Below, piece after piece: positions 28,779 through 37,975 of a DNA stretch of 64,000 nt (position 1 is its first letter; the number at the start of each line of letters is the position of its first letter). The stretch lies in assembly GCA_034430615.1 (NCBI GenBank), contig DAOUEJ010000102.1:3570-67569 (forward strand), in the 5' to 3' direction. Under the pieces are notes generated by a model. The model had not been told where the DNA came from and searched no databases. It saw nothing but the letters and a program-made list of their open reading frames with translations. The stretch is from Anaerolineales bacterium. GTDB taxonomy: Bacteria; Chloroflexota; Anaerolineae; Anaerolineales; E44-bin32. The translations under genes and the position numbers were made by a program.

Positions 28779-29861
28779 ATGTCTAACGCGATGCCCACAT
28801 TTTCGATTGGCCCCATACCTGTCTACGGCGATTTAATCCTCGCACCGATGGACGGATATTCCGAACTCCCCTTCCGCTCGCTCTGCCGTGAGTACGGCTC
28901 GTCCGTGAGCTATACGGCATTTGTCAATGCCATCGACATCCTACAGGGGTCCGACTCCGCCTGGCGCTCGCTCCGCTACCTGGAAAATGAACGCCCAGTG
29001 ATCTTTCAGATTTATGACAGCGATGAGGACCGGCTCATACAGGCCGCGCTTGTGATCCGATCCCTTGAACCGGATGCGATCGATATCAACATGGGCTGCT
29101 CGGTTCGCAGCGTTTCGGGGCGCGGCGCTGGCGCCGGCTGGCTGCGGGAGCCTGATAAGATCGAACGCCTGCTGAGCAGGCTGGTGCGCGAGCTCGACCT
29201 GCCCGTCACCGCCAAGATCCGGCTCGGATGGGATGATGTGAATCGCAACTACCTAGAGGTCGCCCGGGCGATCGAGCATTCCGGCGCCTCACTCATTGCT
29301 GTACACGGAAGGACCCGTCAGCAGGGTTTCAGGGGCGAAGCCGACTGGGATGCAATCTCCGAAATCAAGGCAGCGATCAGGTTGCCTGTCATCGCCAATG
29401 GTGATGTACGTATAGTTGAGGATATCGAGCGCATCAAAGCACACACCTCCTGCGACGGGGTCATGCTCGGCCGGGCAGCCATGGGAAACCCATGGATCTT
29501 CAGCCGCCAGGCTCGTGCTGATGTATCCAGGTCGGACCTCACGGCGGCCATCCAACACCATCTGTCCCGAATGATCGAATTTCATGGACAGGTGGATGGA
29601 CTGCTCCGTTTCCGGAAACATCTCAAACGCTATCTCTTGCCCCAGAAGCTCTCTGTGCACGATCTCACCGCGATCCTGCGCAGCGAGAGCCTGCCGGTGC
29701 TTCTCCAGCAGCTTGAACAAGTTGGGCTTTGCCTGGATCTACACGCCCCCGATGCGTCCTTGATGGTAAACGGAGTCCCCTACTCTACCTACCCCCGCGT
29801 AGAGCAGCTCACAACTGCACTGACAACGAAGGCTGGGTATAATCGCGGCCGTAGAGAATGA
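28779..29861 (+). CDS. tRNA-dihydrouridine synthase
   Basis: LAPMDGYSELPFR, DINMGCS, AKIRLGWD, HGRTRQQ and ANGD Dus motifs. Confidence 0.88.
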   Translation: MSNAMPTFSIGPIPVYGDLILAPMDGYSELPFRSLCREYGSSVSYTAFVNAIDILQGSDSAWRSLRYLENERPVIFQIYDSDEDRLIQAALVIRSLEPDAIDINMGCSVRSVSGRGAGAGWLREPDKIERLLSRLVRELDLPVTAKIRLGWDDVNRNYLEVARAIEHSGASLIAVHGRTRQQGFRGEADWDAISEIKAAIRLPVIANGDVRIVEDIERIKAHTSCDGVMLGRAAMGNPWIFSRQARADVSRSDLTAAIQHHLSRMIEFHGQVDGLLRFRKHLKRYLLPQKLSVHDLTAILRSESLPVLLQQLEQVGLCLDLHAPDASLMVNGVPYSTYPRVEQLTTALTTKAGYNRGRRE

Positions 29862-30388
29862 GGAGAAACATCTTGGTACAGTCATTTCTTGAACGCTATC
29901 CGATCTCCAGTATCCGCCGTAATCATGGGCTCGAACATGCCACGATCCATCTCTTGAGCCAGCGCTTCCCAGATCGGACTTTTATCGGACGTTCGGACAT
30001 CGATGGTTTCACACTCTACGGCACCATCGAAACCGATCAATTGGCGGAATTTACTGACAAGGCTCTTGAACGCCTTCGTGGAGGGGAGCGCGCGCTAGCG
30101 ATCCATCCGAATTGTGGCACTAACCTCGTCACATCTGCACTGCTGGCCAGCAGCGCCACGCTGCTGGCATTTGTGGGGAGCGAAGGTGGCGGGTGGCGGC
30201 GCCGGCTGGAACGATTCCCACTAGCTGTGGCAAGTTCGATCCTGGCCTTACTCCTTGCCCAGCCACTAGGCAGGATAGCCCAAGAGAAACTCACTACGGA
30301 CGGAGATCCAGCTAACCTGCGCATTGTCTCAGTCAAACGGATTGAGAGGAAAGGGATGATTCTGCACCGAGTGAGAACCCGGTCCTGA
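29858..30388 (+). CDS. Hypothetical membrane protein
   Basis: 176 aa with ATGA overlap with dus. RRNHGLEHATIHLL and HPNCGTN motifs plus hydrophobic segments. No family is confidently recognised. Confidence 0.5.
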   Translation: MRRNILVQSFLERYPISSIRRNHGLEHATIHLLSQRFPDRTFIGRSDIDGFTLYGTIETDQLAEFTDKALERLRGGERALAIHPNCGTNLVTSALLASSATLLAFVGSEGGGWRRRLERFPLAVASSILALLLAQPLGRIAQEKLTTDGDPANLRIVSVKRIERKGMILHRVRTRS

Positions 30389-30389
30389 T

Positions 30390-31379
30390 ATGGTCGACAC
30401 TCCTCCTTCGCTCTACCTTTTGTATGGCGACGACTCATTTGCCATGGAAGCATTTATCGCCTCACTGAGCGAGAAGCTCGGTGATGCGTCGACGATTGCC
30501 ATGAATCGTCAGCGCTTCGATGGTGGCAGCTTAGATCTCCAAGAATTGCGTGGGGTCTGTTCTCAGATGCCCTTCCTGGCCGAACGCCGGTTGGTGATCG
30601 TTGATAATGCTCAAAACTTACCTAAGCAAAGCGAGTTTATGGAGGGAATGGAAGCGGTGCTTTCCTCGCTCCCGGCAAGCACCGCACTGCTCTGCATCGA
30701 GCAACTTTCACCTCCCCGCCGGGTACGTGATACCTGGCGTCGGACATGGTTGCGTGGCTGGGCAGAGGAGCATGAGACAACTAGTTATATCCGTTTCATG
30801 GGCAGTCCACGCGGCCCGGAGTTTGTTCAGTGGATCCTGAACCGCACGAGTGAACTCGAGGGTGAAATTGATAGGGATGCAGCGCAGTTGCTGGCAGACT
30901 GGGTTTCAGATGATCCCTACCTTGCAGACCACGAAATCCACAAGTTGCTGGATTATGTTGATCTGAAGCGTGAGATCCGTGTTGAGGACGTTGAACTCCT
31001 GACACCCTTTCGAGGACAGGGTGATATCTTTGAGTTCGTTGATGCGCTGGGCCAACGACAGCCGCGCCAAGCTCAGCTACAGCTTGCGCGCCTGCTGAAT
31101 GATTCGGATCCGCGCTATGTGTTCGCGATGATCATTCGCCAATTTCGGCTGATCATCCTGGCGCGGGAAGCCCTTGATCATGGGTCGGATCCCGGACAGG
31201 TTATCTCGCTGCCAGCGTTCCTTGTGAAGCGGCTTGCGGCACAAGCCAGGACATTTTCATCTTCTGATCTGGACCTTATCTACCACGATTTGCTACAGAC
31301 CGATCTCGGGGTGAAGACCAGCCAGATCGATCTCAACACTGCATTGGACCGTTTGGTGGGAGCCCTCGCAGCCGCCTGA
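30390..31379 (+). CDS. holA: DNA polymerase III delta subunit
   Basis: LYLLYGDDSFAMEAFI N-terminus, size and helical C-terminal domain typical of HolA. Confidence 0.8.
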   Translation: MVDTPPSLYLLYGDDSFAMEAFIASLSEKLGDASTIAMNRQRFDGGSLDLQELRGVCSQMPFLAERRLVIVDNAQNLPKQSEFMEGMEAVLSSLPASTALLCIEQLSPPRRVRDTWRRTWLRGWAEEHETTSYIRFMGSPRGPEFVQWILNRTSELEGEIDRDAAQLLADWVSDDPYLADHEIHKLLDYVDLKREIRVEDVELLTPFRGQGDIFEFVDALGQRQPRQAQLQLARLLNDSDPRYVFAMIIRQFRLIILAREALDHGSDPGQVISLPAFLVKRLAAQARTFSSSDLDLIYHDLLQTDLGVKTSQIDLNTALDRLVGALAAA

Positions 31380-31520
31380 AACCACTTGCTACCCAGCTTA
31401 TTATCCCGCGTTTAGAATCACCCAGGCTTGCCTCCCCTCAACCAGAAATTCCTGGCGCGGAACGGCCTGGGCCAACGCACTTTGCTATTGATCGGGCTGC
31501 TTCCTGCCCGTCTAGGCCGA

Positions 31521-31757
31521 TTACGTCTTTCCCTCATCCACACCAAGCCAGAAGTGTCCTGGAAGAACGGTGGGGCTCGAACTCAACTTCATCCCCTCTG
31601 GTTCAATGACCTCGTCACCGGTGAGTGTCTTGGGATGAACCACGCATACGTTTGGACGTGTGCCATATTTCCGGCTGTAGTATTCAGCCGCCTGCCCGAC
31701 CCGGGTTGACAGCGTACTGCCCCGATCATCGTCCAGCCACAACATGCCAACATTCAT
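31521..31757 (-). CDS. Hypothetical 78-aa protein, third gene of the SOS-box operon
   Basis: ATG overlaps the upstream stop (ATGA). MNVGMLWLDDDRGSTLSTRVGQAAEYYSRKYGTRPNVCVVHP... No family recognised. Confidence 0.5.
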   Translation of the reverse strand: MNVGMLWLDDDRGSTLSTRVGQAAEYYSRKYGTRPNVCVVHPKTLTGDEVIEPEGMKLSSSPTVLPGHFWLGVDEGKT

Positions 31758-32014
31758 CGCCTGCCTCCTGCCTGGCCCAAGATATGCTCGACGCGCCAGA
31801 TATCACCCCGCTCATCATGCGAAATCCGGCACTTAAGTCCCTGCACCGTCTGCAATTGATAGGTCTTTCCCTCGCTTACCCTCACACCAGTACCCCGCAT
31901 CCATTCAATCCGCCTCACCGCATATCTGCGGCCACGCCAGCTGAATTCAAGCGGGATGGCGTCCAACCCTTTACGGTGCACGCGAATTCGCTCACTTGTC
32001 TTGATCGTCCTCAT
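31754..32014 (-). CDS. Hypothetical 86-aa protein, second gene of the SOS-box operon
   Basis: GAGGTGA SD lies 7 nt before ATG 32014. MRTIKTSERIRVHRKGLDAIPLEFSWRGRRYAVRRIEWMR...DIWRVEHIL. No family confidently recognised. Confidence 0.5.
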   Translation of the reverse strand: MRTIKTSERIRVHRKGLDAIPLEFSWRGRRYAVRRIEWMRGTGVRVSEGKTYQLQTVQGLKCRISHDERGDIWRVEHILGQAGGRR

Positions 32015-32072
32015 TTCACACTCACCTCTTTCCAACCCTTCCCCACCGTCTACGAACCATAATTGACGCTAT

Positions 32073-33047
32073 CTACCGCTCACCGCGCCAGCCAGATTGC
32101 ACCATCCGAACAGCGGTATCCAGCTCGCGCAAACCCATCCAGGCCACATCCGCCAGAACAGTCTCCGGGCCTGACCGAAAACGAAATCTGCCCGTGCGTC
32201 CTTCCTGGCCTTCGCTCCAACCCACCCGCATCACGCCTCGCTCATCACCCGGATCCAGCGCATAGCGGCGTGCGCTGGCGATGAGGTGGACGCCCGCTTC
32301 CCGCCCGCGGACCAGGATCGGCGACAGCATCTCTTCCAGGGCCGAGCCGAATATCGCGTGCAACTCATCCAGCCCGTCGATGAAAAGCACCACATGGGGG
32401 CTTCGAATGCCGGTCAGCAAGCGCCGTTCAATCTCTTCCATCAGCCAGAGTATTAGATCCTCCGCAAAACCGGCCTCACTGGCGAGATCCGTCAGCGCAT
32501 GTGGAAGCGCCTCAAGCGGCGCCAGCTCTCGCCCACCCGGATCGATCCCCAGGAAGCTGACCTGCGCCGGACGGCTGGACAAACCGAGCGAGACAAGCAG
32601 CGTGCGCAAGAGTTCCGATTTTCCGCTACCCGCCGGAGCCTGGATCAGCACATGCCAGGTAGACTCGCGCGCAAGATCGAGCACCAACGGTTTACCATCG
32701 AGGCTCATGCCGACCAGGGCTGACAGCGACTGCAAGCGCGGCAAGGCCCGGATCAGCGGCAGCAAGCGCAAATCCGACGCGTGCTTGAGCGGCACCTCGA
32801 TCGCCAGCTCGCCGGCTTCGCGCACGACCCGCAGTTCCTCCACGCCGATCGCATGGGCGACGTCTTCCGCGAACTGGATGAATTCCAGCGGCTGCGCGCC
32901 GACCGCCGGGGTCAGGTAGTAGCGCACACGATCCTCGCGGATCACACCGCCAGCGACCCGCGCTGGCCGGGAAAGATGGGTCAACGCTGATTCGATCTGG
33001 TTTGCCTGGCGATTAAACGCGGCCTCTTGATAGAACGCCCTTTCCAT
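32073..33047 (-). CDS. Soluble FtsK/SpoIIIE-like P-loop ATPase (no TM region, no gamma domain)
   Basis: GGAGG lies 6 nt before ATG 33047. The N-terminal segment resembles the FtsK alpha domain (RVAGGVIREDRVRYYLTPAVGAQP...LAIEVPLK). Walker A is QAPAGSGKSELL. Also FLGIDPGGRELAPLEALPH, Walker B HVVLFIDGLDEL and GVHLIASARR. Confidence 0.7.
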   Translation of the reverse strand: MERAFYQEAAFNRQANQIESALTHLSRPARVAGGVIREDRVRYYLTPAVGAQPLEFIQFAEDVAHAIGVEELRVVREAGELAIEVPLKHASDLRLLPLIRALPRLQSLSALVGMSLDGKPLVLDLARESTWHVLIQAPAGSGKSELLRTLLVSLGLSSRPAQVSFLGIDPGGRELAPLEALPHALTDLASEAGFAEDLILWLMEEIERRLLTGIRSPHVVLFIDGLDELHAIFGSALEEMLSPILVRGREAGVHLIASARRYALDPGDERGVMRVGWSEGQEGRTGRFRFRSGPETVLADVAWMGLRELDTAVRMVQSGWRGER

Positions 33048-33072
33048 CAAACACCTCCATACCCGAGCCTAA

Positions 33073-33088
33073 TAGAACGGGTGTTCTA
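33073..33088. promoter_or_regulatory. LexA (Cheo/DinR-type) box 1, TAGAAC-N4-GTTCTA
   Basis: Perfect palindrome TAGAACGGGTGTTCTA immediately downstream of the -10 element of the minus-strand promoter. Confidence 0.62.
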
Positions 33089-33118
33089 ATATTACCCGAA
33101 CAATTGTTCGTATGTCAA
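33089..33118 (-). promoter_or_regulatory. Near-consensus sigma-70 promoter TTGACA-18 nt-TAATAT driving the FtsK-like operon
   Basis: The minus strand reads TCTTGACATACGAACAATTGTTCGGGTAATATTAGAAC. The -35 is at 33113-33118 and the -10 at 33089-33094 (complement). Confidence 0.6.
33097..33110. promoter_or_regulatory. LexA (Cheo/DinR-type) box 2, CGAAC-N4-GTTCG
   Basis: Perfect palindrome CGAACAATTGTTCG located inside the -35/-10 spacer. Confidence 0.65.
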
Positions 33119-33188
33119 GAGGTGATCCGGGTTTACATCAGACAGATTTGAGCAACCAGACAGCGCTTTATGCTACAATGCCGATGCT

Positions 33189-34070
33189 GTGTCAGAAATG
33201 CCCGAGCCTACGGATATCCGCCCCTCCCCCATTGCCGGAACCTGGTACCCCGGTGATCGAAAAATCCTCGCCGATTCGATCGATCGTTACCTCGAGAACG
33301 CCAGCGTAAGCGCACCGATCGAAGGCCAGATTATGGGCCTGATCGTGCCGCATGCCGGTCACCGGTATTCGGGAGCGGTGGCTGCACATGCATTCAAGCT
33401 CATCCGGGGCATGCAGCCAGAAACAGTTGTTATCCTCTCCCCGCTGCATGCGCTGTCACCAGGCAAGATCTTGACCAGCGGGCATGACGCCTTCGCCACC
33501 CCGCTCGGGGTGATCCCCATCAACCGCGCACTGCAGACCCGTTTTGAGGAGAACTTGGGGCGGGATTTCCAGATCAAAGTCGAGCAGGTCCGGCTGGACC
33601 AGGAACACGCTCTGGAGATCGAGCTGCCCTTCCTGCAGCGAGTGCTCCAGGGGCCGTTCCAACTGTTGGCTGTCATGCTGCGTGAACAGAGCGAGCGGAC
33701 CGCACGTGCGATCAGTGAGGTCCTGGCGCAGTTGCTAGAACCGGCGACCTCACTGATCATTGGTAGCTCGGATCTCTCCCACTTTTACCCCGAGCGGCAT
33801 GCGCTGGAGCTGGATCGCGAAATGATCCGCCGTATCGAGAGCTTCCAACCAGCCGAGGTAATAAGGGCGGAAGCAGAAGGGGTTGGATACGCCTGTGGTC
33901 ACGGCGCAATTGCGGCGGCAATGTGGACCGCCCGCGCGCTGGGAGCGGATCGGATCAAGGTCCTCGAGCATGCCACTTCGGCCAATGTCACCGGTGACAG
34001 CAGCTCCGTGGTCGGCTACGCCTCGGCCGCGATCTATCGTTCGGAGGAAGCGAGACAGATTGACGAGTAA
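33189..34070 (+). CDS. AmmeMemoRadiSam system protein B (MEMO1 family)
   Basis: RPSPIAGTWYPGD and LIVPHAGHRYSG motifs. GTG 33189 or ATG 33198 start. Confidence 0.82.
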   Translation: MSEMPEPTDIRPSPIAGTWYPGDRKILADSIDRYLENASVSAPIEGQIMGLIVPHAGHRYSGAVAAHAFKLIRGMQPETVVILSPLHALSPGKILTSGHDAFATPLGVIPINRALQTRFEENLGRDFQIKVEQVRLDQEHALEIELPFLQRVLQGPFQLLAVMLREQSERTARAISEVLAQLLEPATSLIIGSSDLSHFYPERHALELDREMIRRIESFQPAEVIRAEAEGVGYACGHGAIAAAMWTARALGADRIKVLEHATSANVTGDSSSVVGYASAAIYRSEEARQIDE

Positions 34071-34103
34071 GGGTTCGAACAACGCCAGGAACGGATCCGC
34101 TTG

Positions 34104-35453
34104 ATGGAAGCCAGCCTGACCGACAACCTGCTCCGGCTCTTGCTGGTCGTCATCCTTGTATTGGCCAACGGCTTCTTTGTGGCAGCCGAGTTTGCGCTCG
34201 TCAGCGTTCGCCGCACACGCGTCGCCGAACTTGAGGCCCAGGGAAATCCGCGCGCACGCTGGGTGTCGATTGCCATCCACAACCCAGATCGATTCATCGC
34301 CGCTACACAGCTCGGCATCACGCTGGCGAGTCTAGGGTTGGGATGGATCGGCGAACCCGCCCTGAGTAACTTGATCCAGCCCCTGGTCGATCTCTTCCCG
34401 GCATCCATCGAGACACAGCTTTCACACAGCATCTCGGCCGGTTTATCCTTTGCCATCATCACTTTCCTGCACGTAGTCGTAGGTGAATTGGCGCCAAAAT
34501 CCATTGCCCTTCAGAGCCCCGAACGCACCGCACTTGTCGTCGCCCAACCTACCGTCTGGACAGAATGGATTTTCAAACCCGCCATCTGGGTCCTGAACGG
34601 CGCGGGCAACGCGCTTCTCCGCCTGGCGGGTGTCGAGCCGGCCTCCGGCCACGAACTCGTGCACTCGGTCGAAGAACTCAAGATGCTCGTTCGCGCCAGC
34701 GCTGCGGGCGGTTTGGTTGAGGATGATGCCCGGGAGATGGTCACGGCTATCTTCGATTTTGGCGAGCTGCTGGTGCGCCAGGTGATGGTGCCGCGCACGG
34801 AGATGATCGCCGTGCGCGAGGACACCAGCATTGAGGAGATGCTCGAGCTGGCGGTCGATAACCCGTTTAGCAAGTTCCCGGTCTACGCCGAGAGCCAGGA
34901 TCAGATCTTGGGCGTTGTCCACCTGAAAGATGTGCTGCTCAGGATGGGCGGTGACCATCAGTCCCTTCACGCGAGCGACCTGATGCGCGAAGCGATCTTT
35001 ATTCCCGAAACTGCACATGTCAACACATTGCTCAGGCTCTTCCGAGCCAGCAGGCGGCATATCGCCATCGTGGTGGATGAATATGGAGGGACCGCGGGCA
35101 TCGTCACCCTCGACGATCTGCTGGAGGAGATCGTTGGCGAGGTCAGCGACCCATTTGATGGCGAACCCGATATCCAATCGCTCCCAGATGGGAGTATGCT
35201 GGTCGATGGGTTGACCCTGATCGAAGAGGTCAACGATCACTTCAACCTGAACCTGGTTGATCCGAACTACGATACGATCGCCGGGTATGTGCTCGGGCGA
35301 TTGGAGAGGTTAGCCCGGATTGGGGATGTGATCCTGGTCGAGGGCGCGCGCATTCAAGTTGAGGCCATGGACGGTTTCCGAGTAGCACGCGTATCGATCC
35401 ACCCACTACCCAAGCGCGGCACATCAAAGCCGGCCTCTTATACACCCGAGTAA
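34104..35453 (+). CDS. CNNM/CorC-type hemolysin-family protein (DUF21 plus CBS pair plus CorC_HlyC)
   Basis: N-terminal 4 TM with FFVAAEFALVSVRR. VMVPRTEM and GIVTLDDLLEEIVGE CBS/CorC motifs. Confidence 0.85.
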   Translation: MEASLTDNLLRLLLVVILVLANGFFVAAEFALVSVRRTRVAELEAQGNPRARWVSIAIHNPDRFIAATQLGITLASLGLGWIGEPALSNLIQPLVDLFPASIETQLSHSISAGLSFAIITFLHVVVGELAPKSIALQSPERTALVVAQPTVWTEWIFKPAIWVLNGAGNALLRLAGVEPASGHELVHSVEELKMLVRASAAGGLVEDDAREMVTAIFDFGELLVRQVMVPRTEMIAVREDTSIEEMLELAVDNPFSKFPVYAESQDQILGVVHLKDVLLRMGGDHQSLHASDLMREAIFIPETAHVNTLLRLFRASRRHIAIVVDEYGGTAGIVTLDDLLEEIVGEVSDPFDGEPDIQSLPDGSMLVDGLTLIEEVNDHFNLNLVDPNYDTIAGYVLGRLERLARIGDVILVEGARIQVEAMDGFRVARVSIHPLPKRGTSKPASYTPE

Positions 35454-35457
35454 AGCC

Positions 35458-37956
35458 TTGCATAGGTTTGCTGAGGTTGCGATCAACCTCCCGCAGGTGC
35501 GCGGCACCTTCGACTATCACCTGCCTCCGCATTTGCGCGAGCGAATTGCCCTCGGTCATCTCGTGACCGTCCCCTTCGGCTCACAGCGCACCCAGGGCGT
35601 TGTCGTCCAGCTTCCCGATTCACCGGCAGTCTCCGAGACCAAGGCCATCGAAGCGCTCGTTGACCCCATTCCTGTCCTGACACGCACGCAGATCGAACTC
35701 GCCAGTTGGATCGCAGACACCTACCATGCCGGATTGATCGATGCGCTCACCCTGATGCTTCCCCCGGGGCTCAGCCAGCAGGCCGATTCGGTCATTCGCC
35801 TGGTCGATCCCCAAGGTCACCTTGAAAATGAACTGCAGCAGAAAATCGTCCGCCTGTTGGATAAACGCGGCGATCTGCGCTCCCGCCAGCTCGCCCGGGC
35901 CTTCCCCCGTCAACCATGGAAATCAGCCGTTCAGTCACTGATCAGGGATGGCATTCTCGAGCGTGAATCCGTGCTCGATCCGCCTCAAGTCCGTCCTAAA
36001 AATGTGCGTAACGCCCGCCTGCTTACTACTCCTGCGCAGGCGCGCGAGCGCGTCGCGTCTATTGGCAACCAGGGAAGCCAGGCGGATGTCCGGCGTCGGG
36101 CGATCATCGAAACCCTGATCGAGGAGGGCGAGGCGCTCGAGGTGTCCTGGCTCTATGCAGAACACGGCGGCTCGCTGGCCGATTTGAGGAAATTGGAGGC
36201 AGAGGAGCTGATCGCGTTGAGCGAATCGGAGGTCTGGCGCGACCCGCTCGAGGAACTTGAGTTTGTCCCTGTGCAACCACCCGTGCTGACTGCCGATCAG
36301 CAGGCTGTCTGGGATCCATTATGCAAAGCAGTGCAGGCAGGGTCACACAGTGCTTTTCTGCTCCACGGCATCACCGGTTCAGGGAAGACCGAGCTCTACT
36401 TGCGAGCCGTTGCCGAGACCCTCGCCACCGGACGAACGGCAATCGTGCTGGTACCCGAGATCGCCCTCACCCCGCAGACTGTGCGCAGGTTCCTGGCGCG
36501 CTTCCCCGGACAGGTTGGTTTGATTCATTCCGAACTCTCAGCCGGTGAGCGCTTCGACACCTGGCGCCGCTGCCGATCCGGCGATCTTCAGCTCGTCGTG
36601 GGCCCACGCAGTGCGCTCTTCACACCCTTGCCCGACCTCGGCTTGATCGTACTCGATGAGTCGCACGATGAATCGTACAAGGAACAGGAACGATCGCCGC
36701 GCTACCATGCCCGTGACACTGCCCAGGCCTATGCCCGCATGCTCGGTGCGACACTGATCCTGGGCAGTGCGACACCCGACGTCACCACCACCTTCCGCGC
36801 CGAGCACGACCAACTAGTGAGGCTGGAGCTACCCCGGCGCATCCTTGGGCATAGATCCCGGCTGGAGGGACAAGCCGCACGGCTCGGGGTCACCGATCGC
36901 TACGAAGAAGCCGGTGGCGAGGCACGCTCGATCTCCCTCCCACCGGTACGGATCGTCGACATGCGCCTCGAACTCAAAGCCGGGAACCGCTCTATCTTCA
37001 GCCGCCCGTTAACCCACGCGCTGGGTGAGGTGCTCGAGGCTAACGAGCAGGCAATCCTCTTTCTGAACCGCCGCGGGGCTGAGACCTACATCTTCTGTCG
37101 CGACTGCGGCTGGGTTGCCACTTGTCCGCGCTGCGACCGCAGCCTGACAATGCATCACAACCCCGTGCGGCTGGTGTGTCACCAATGCGGGTACAGTAGC
37201 CCTTCGCCTTCGGCGTGCCCCGAGTGCGGGGGCGAACGTGTGCGTCATTTCGGCGCGGGCACACAACGCATCCAGGCTGAGATCGAACGCCAGTTCCCCG
37301 CTGCCCGCACGCTGCGCTGGGATCACGATGCGACGCGCGCCAAAGGCTCGCACGATGTCATCCTGGCCCACTTCGCCGCGCACCGCGCCGACATCCTGAT
37401 CGGCACGCAGATGCTGGCCAAGGGCCTCGATATCCCGCTCGTCACGCTGGTGGGCGTGGTCTCAGCCGATGTCGGCCTTAACCTGCCCGATTACCGGGCG
37501 GGTGAGAGAACCTTCCAGCTGTTGACCCAGGTCGCCGGACGGGCCGGGCGCGGTCTGCTCGGCGGGCGGGTGATCCTGCAGACCTACCAGCCGGATCACT
37601 ACGCAGTACAGGCTGCATCCAGGCACGATTACCGGGAGTTCTACGAACGAGAACTGGAGTTCCGCAGACAGCTCTCCTATCCCCCTTTCAAGCGCCTGGT
37701 TCGCTTCCTTTACCGGGCGACATCGTCTGCGAGAGCCGAACGCGCAGCTGGTCGCCTGGTGCAAACTTTGAGAGCGAAGGCGACCGAGTCTGGCGAGAAG
37801 CTGGACCTGATCGGGCCGGCGCCGTGTTACTTTGAGCGAGTACGCGGTCGCTACCGCTGGCATGTGATCCTGCGCGCCTCCGATCCTGCGCGTTGGATCC
37901 CGGATCCGCTGCCCGAGGGCTGGGCTGTGGATATCGACCCGGTAAGCTTGCTCTAA
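35458..37956 (+). CDS. priA: Primosomal protein N' (replication restart helicase PriA)
   Basis: GITGSGKTE Walker A, DESHD (DExH), Cys4 zinc motifs CRDCGWVATCPRCD...CHQCGY...CPECGG, and GTQMLAKGLD. Confidence 0.9.
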   Translation: MHRFAEVAINLPQVRGTFDYHLPPHLRERIALGHLVTVPFGSQRTQGVVVQLPDSPAVSETKAIEALVDPIPVLTRTQIELASWIADTYHAGLIDALTLMLPPGLSQQADSVIRLVDPQGHLENELQQKIVRLLDKRGDLRSRQLARAFPRQPWKSAVQSLIRDGILERESVLDPPQVRPKNVRNARLLTTPAQARERVASIGNQGSQADVRRRAIIETLIEEGEALEVSWLYAEHGGSLADLRKLEAEELIALSESEVWRDPLEELEFVPVQPPVLTADQQAVWDPLCKAVQAGSHSAFLLHGITGSGKTELYLRAVAETLATGRTAIVLVPEIALTPQTVRRFLARFPGQVGLIHSELSAGERFDTWRRCRSGDLQLVVGPRSALFTPLPDLGLIVLDESHDESYKEQERSPRYHARDTAQAYARMLGATLILGSATPDVTTTFRAEHDQLVRLELPRRILGHRSRLEGQAARLGVTDRYEEAGGEARSISLPPVRIVDMRLELKAGNRSIFSRPLTHALGEVLEANEQAILFLNRRGAETYIFCRDCGWVATCPRCDRSLTMHHNPVRLVCHQCGYSSPSPSACPECGGERVRHFGAGTQRIQAEIERQFPAARTLRWDHDATRAKGSHDVILAHFAAHRADILIGTQMLAKGLDIPLVTLVGVVSADVGLNLPDYRAGERTFQLLTQVAGRAGRGLLGGRVILQTYQPDHYAVQAASRHDYREFYERELEFRRQLSYPPFKRLVRFLYRATSSARAERAAGRLVQTLRAKATESGEKLDLIGPAPCYFERVRGRYRWHVILRASDPARWIPDPLPEGWAVDIDPVSLL

Positions 37957-37975
37957 CCCCGACAAGAAGAGTGAA

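Noticed and set aside
34443-35240. Long antisense ORFs inside well-supported genes. Examples are 34443..35240, 24441..24953, 14883..15542, 25410..26054, 47848..48411, 41531..42205, 58451..59137 and 61852..62508.
   Set aside because: They are typical high-GC shadow ORFs. They have low-complexity Arg/Pro/Ala/Ser-rich translations and no motifs. Each fully overlaps a gene that has clear family signatures on the other strand.
37285-37662. Two further GAAC-N4-GTTC matches (37285-37296 and 37651-37662).
   Set aside because: Both lie inside the priA coding sequence (codons IERQFP and ERELEF). They lack the extended CGAAC/GTTCG arms on both sides and have no promoter context. About one chance hit is expected per window.
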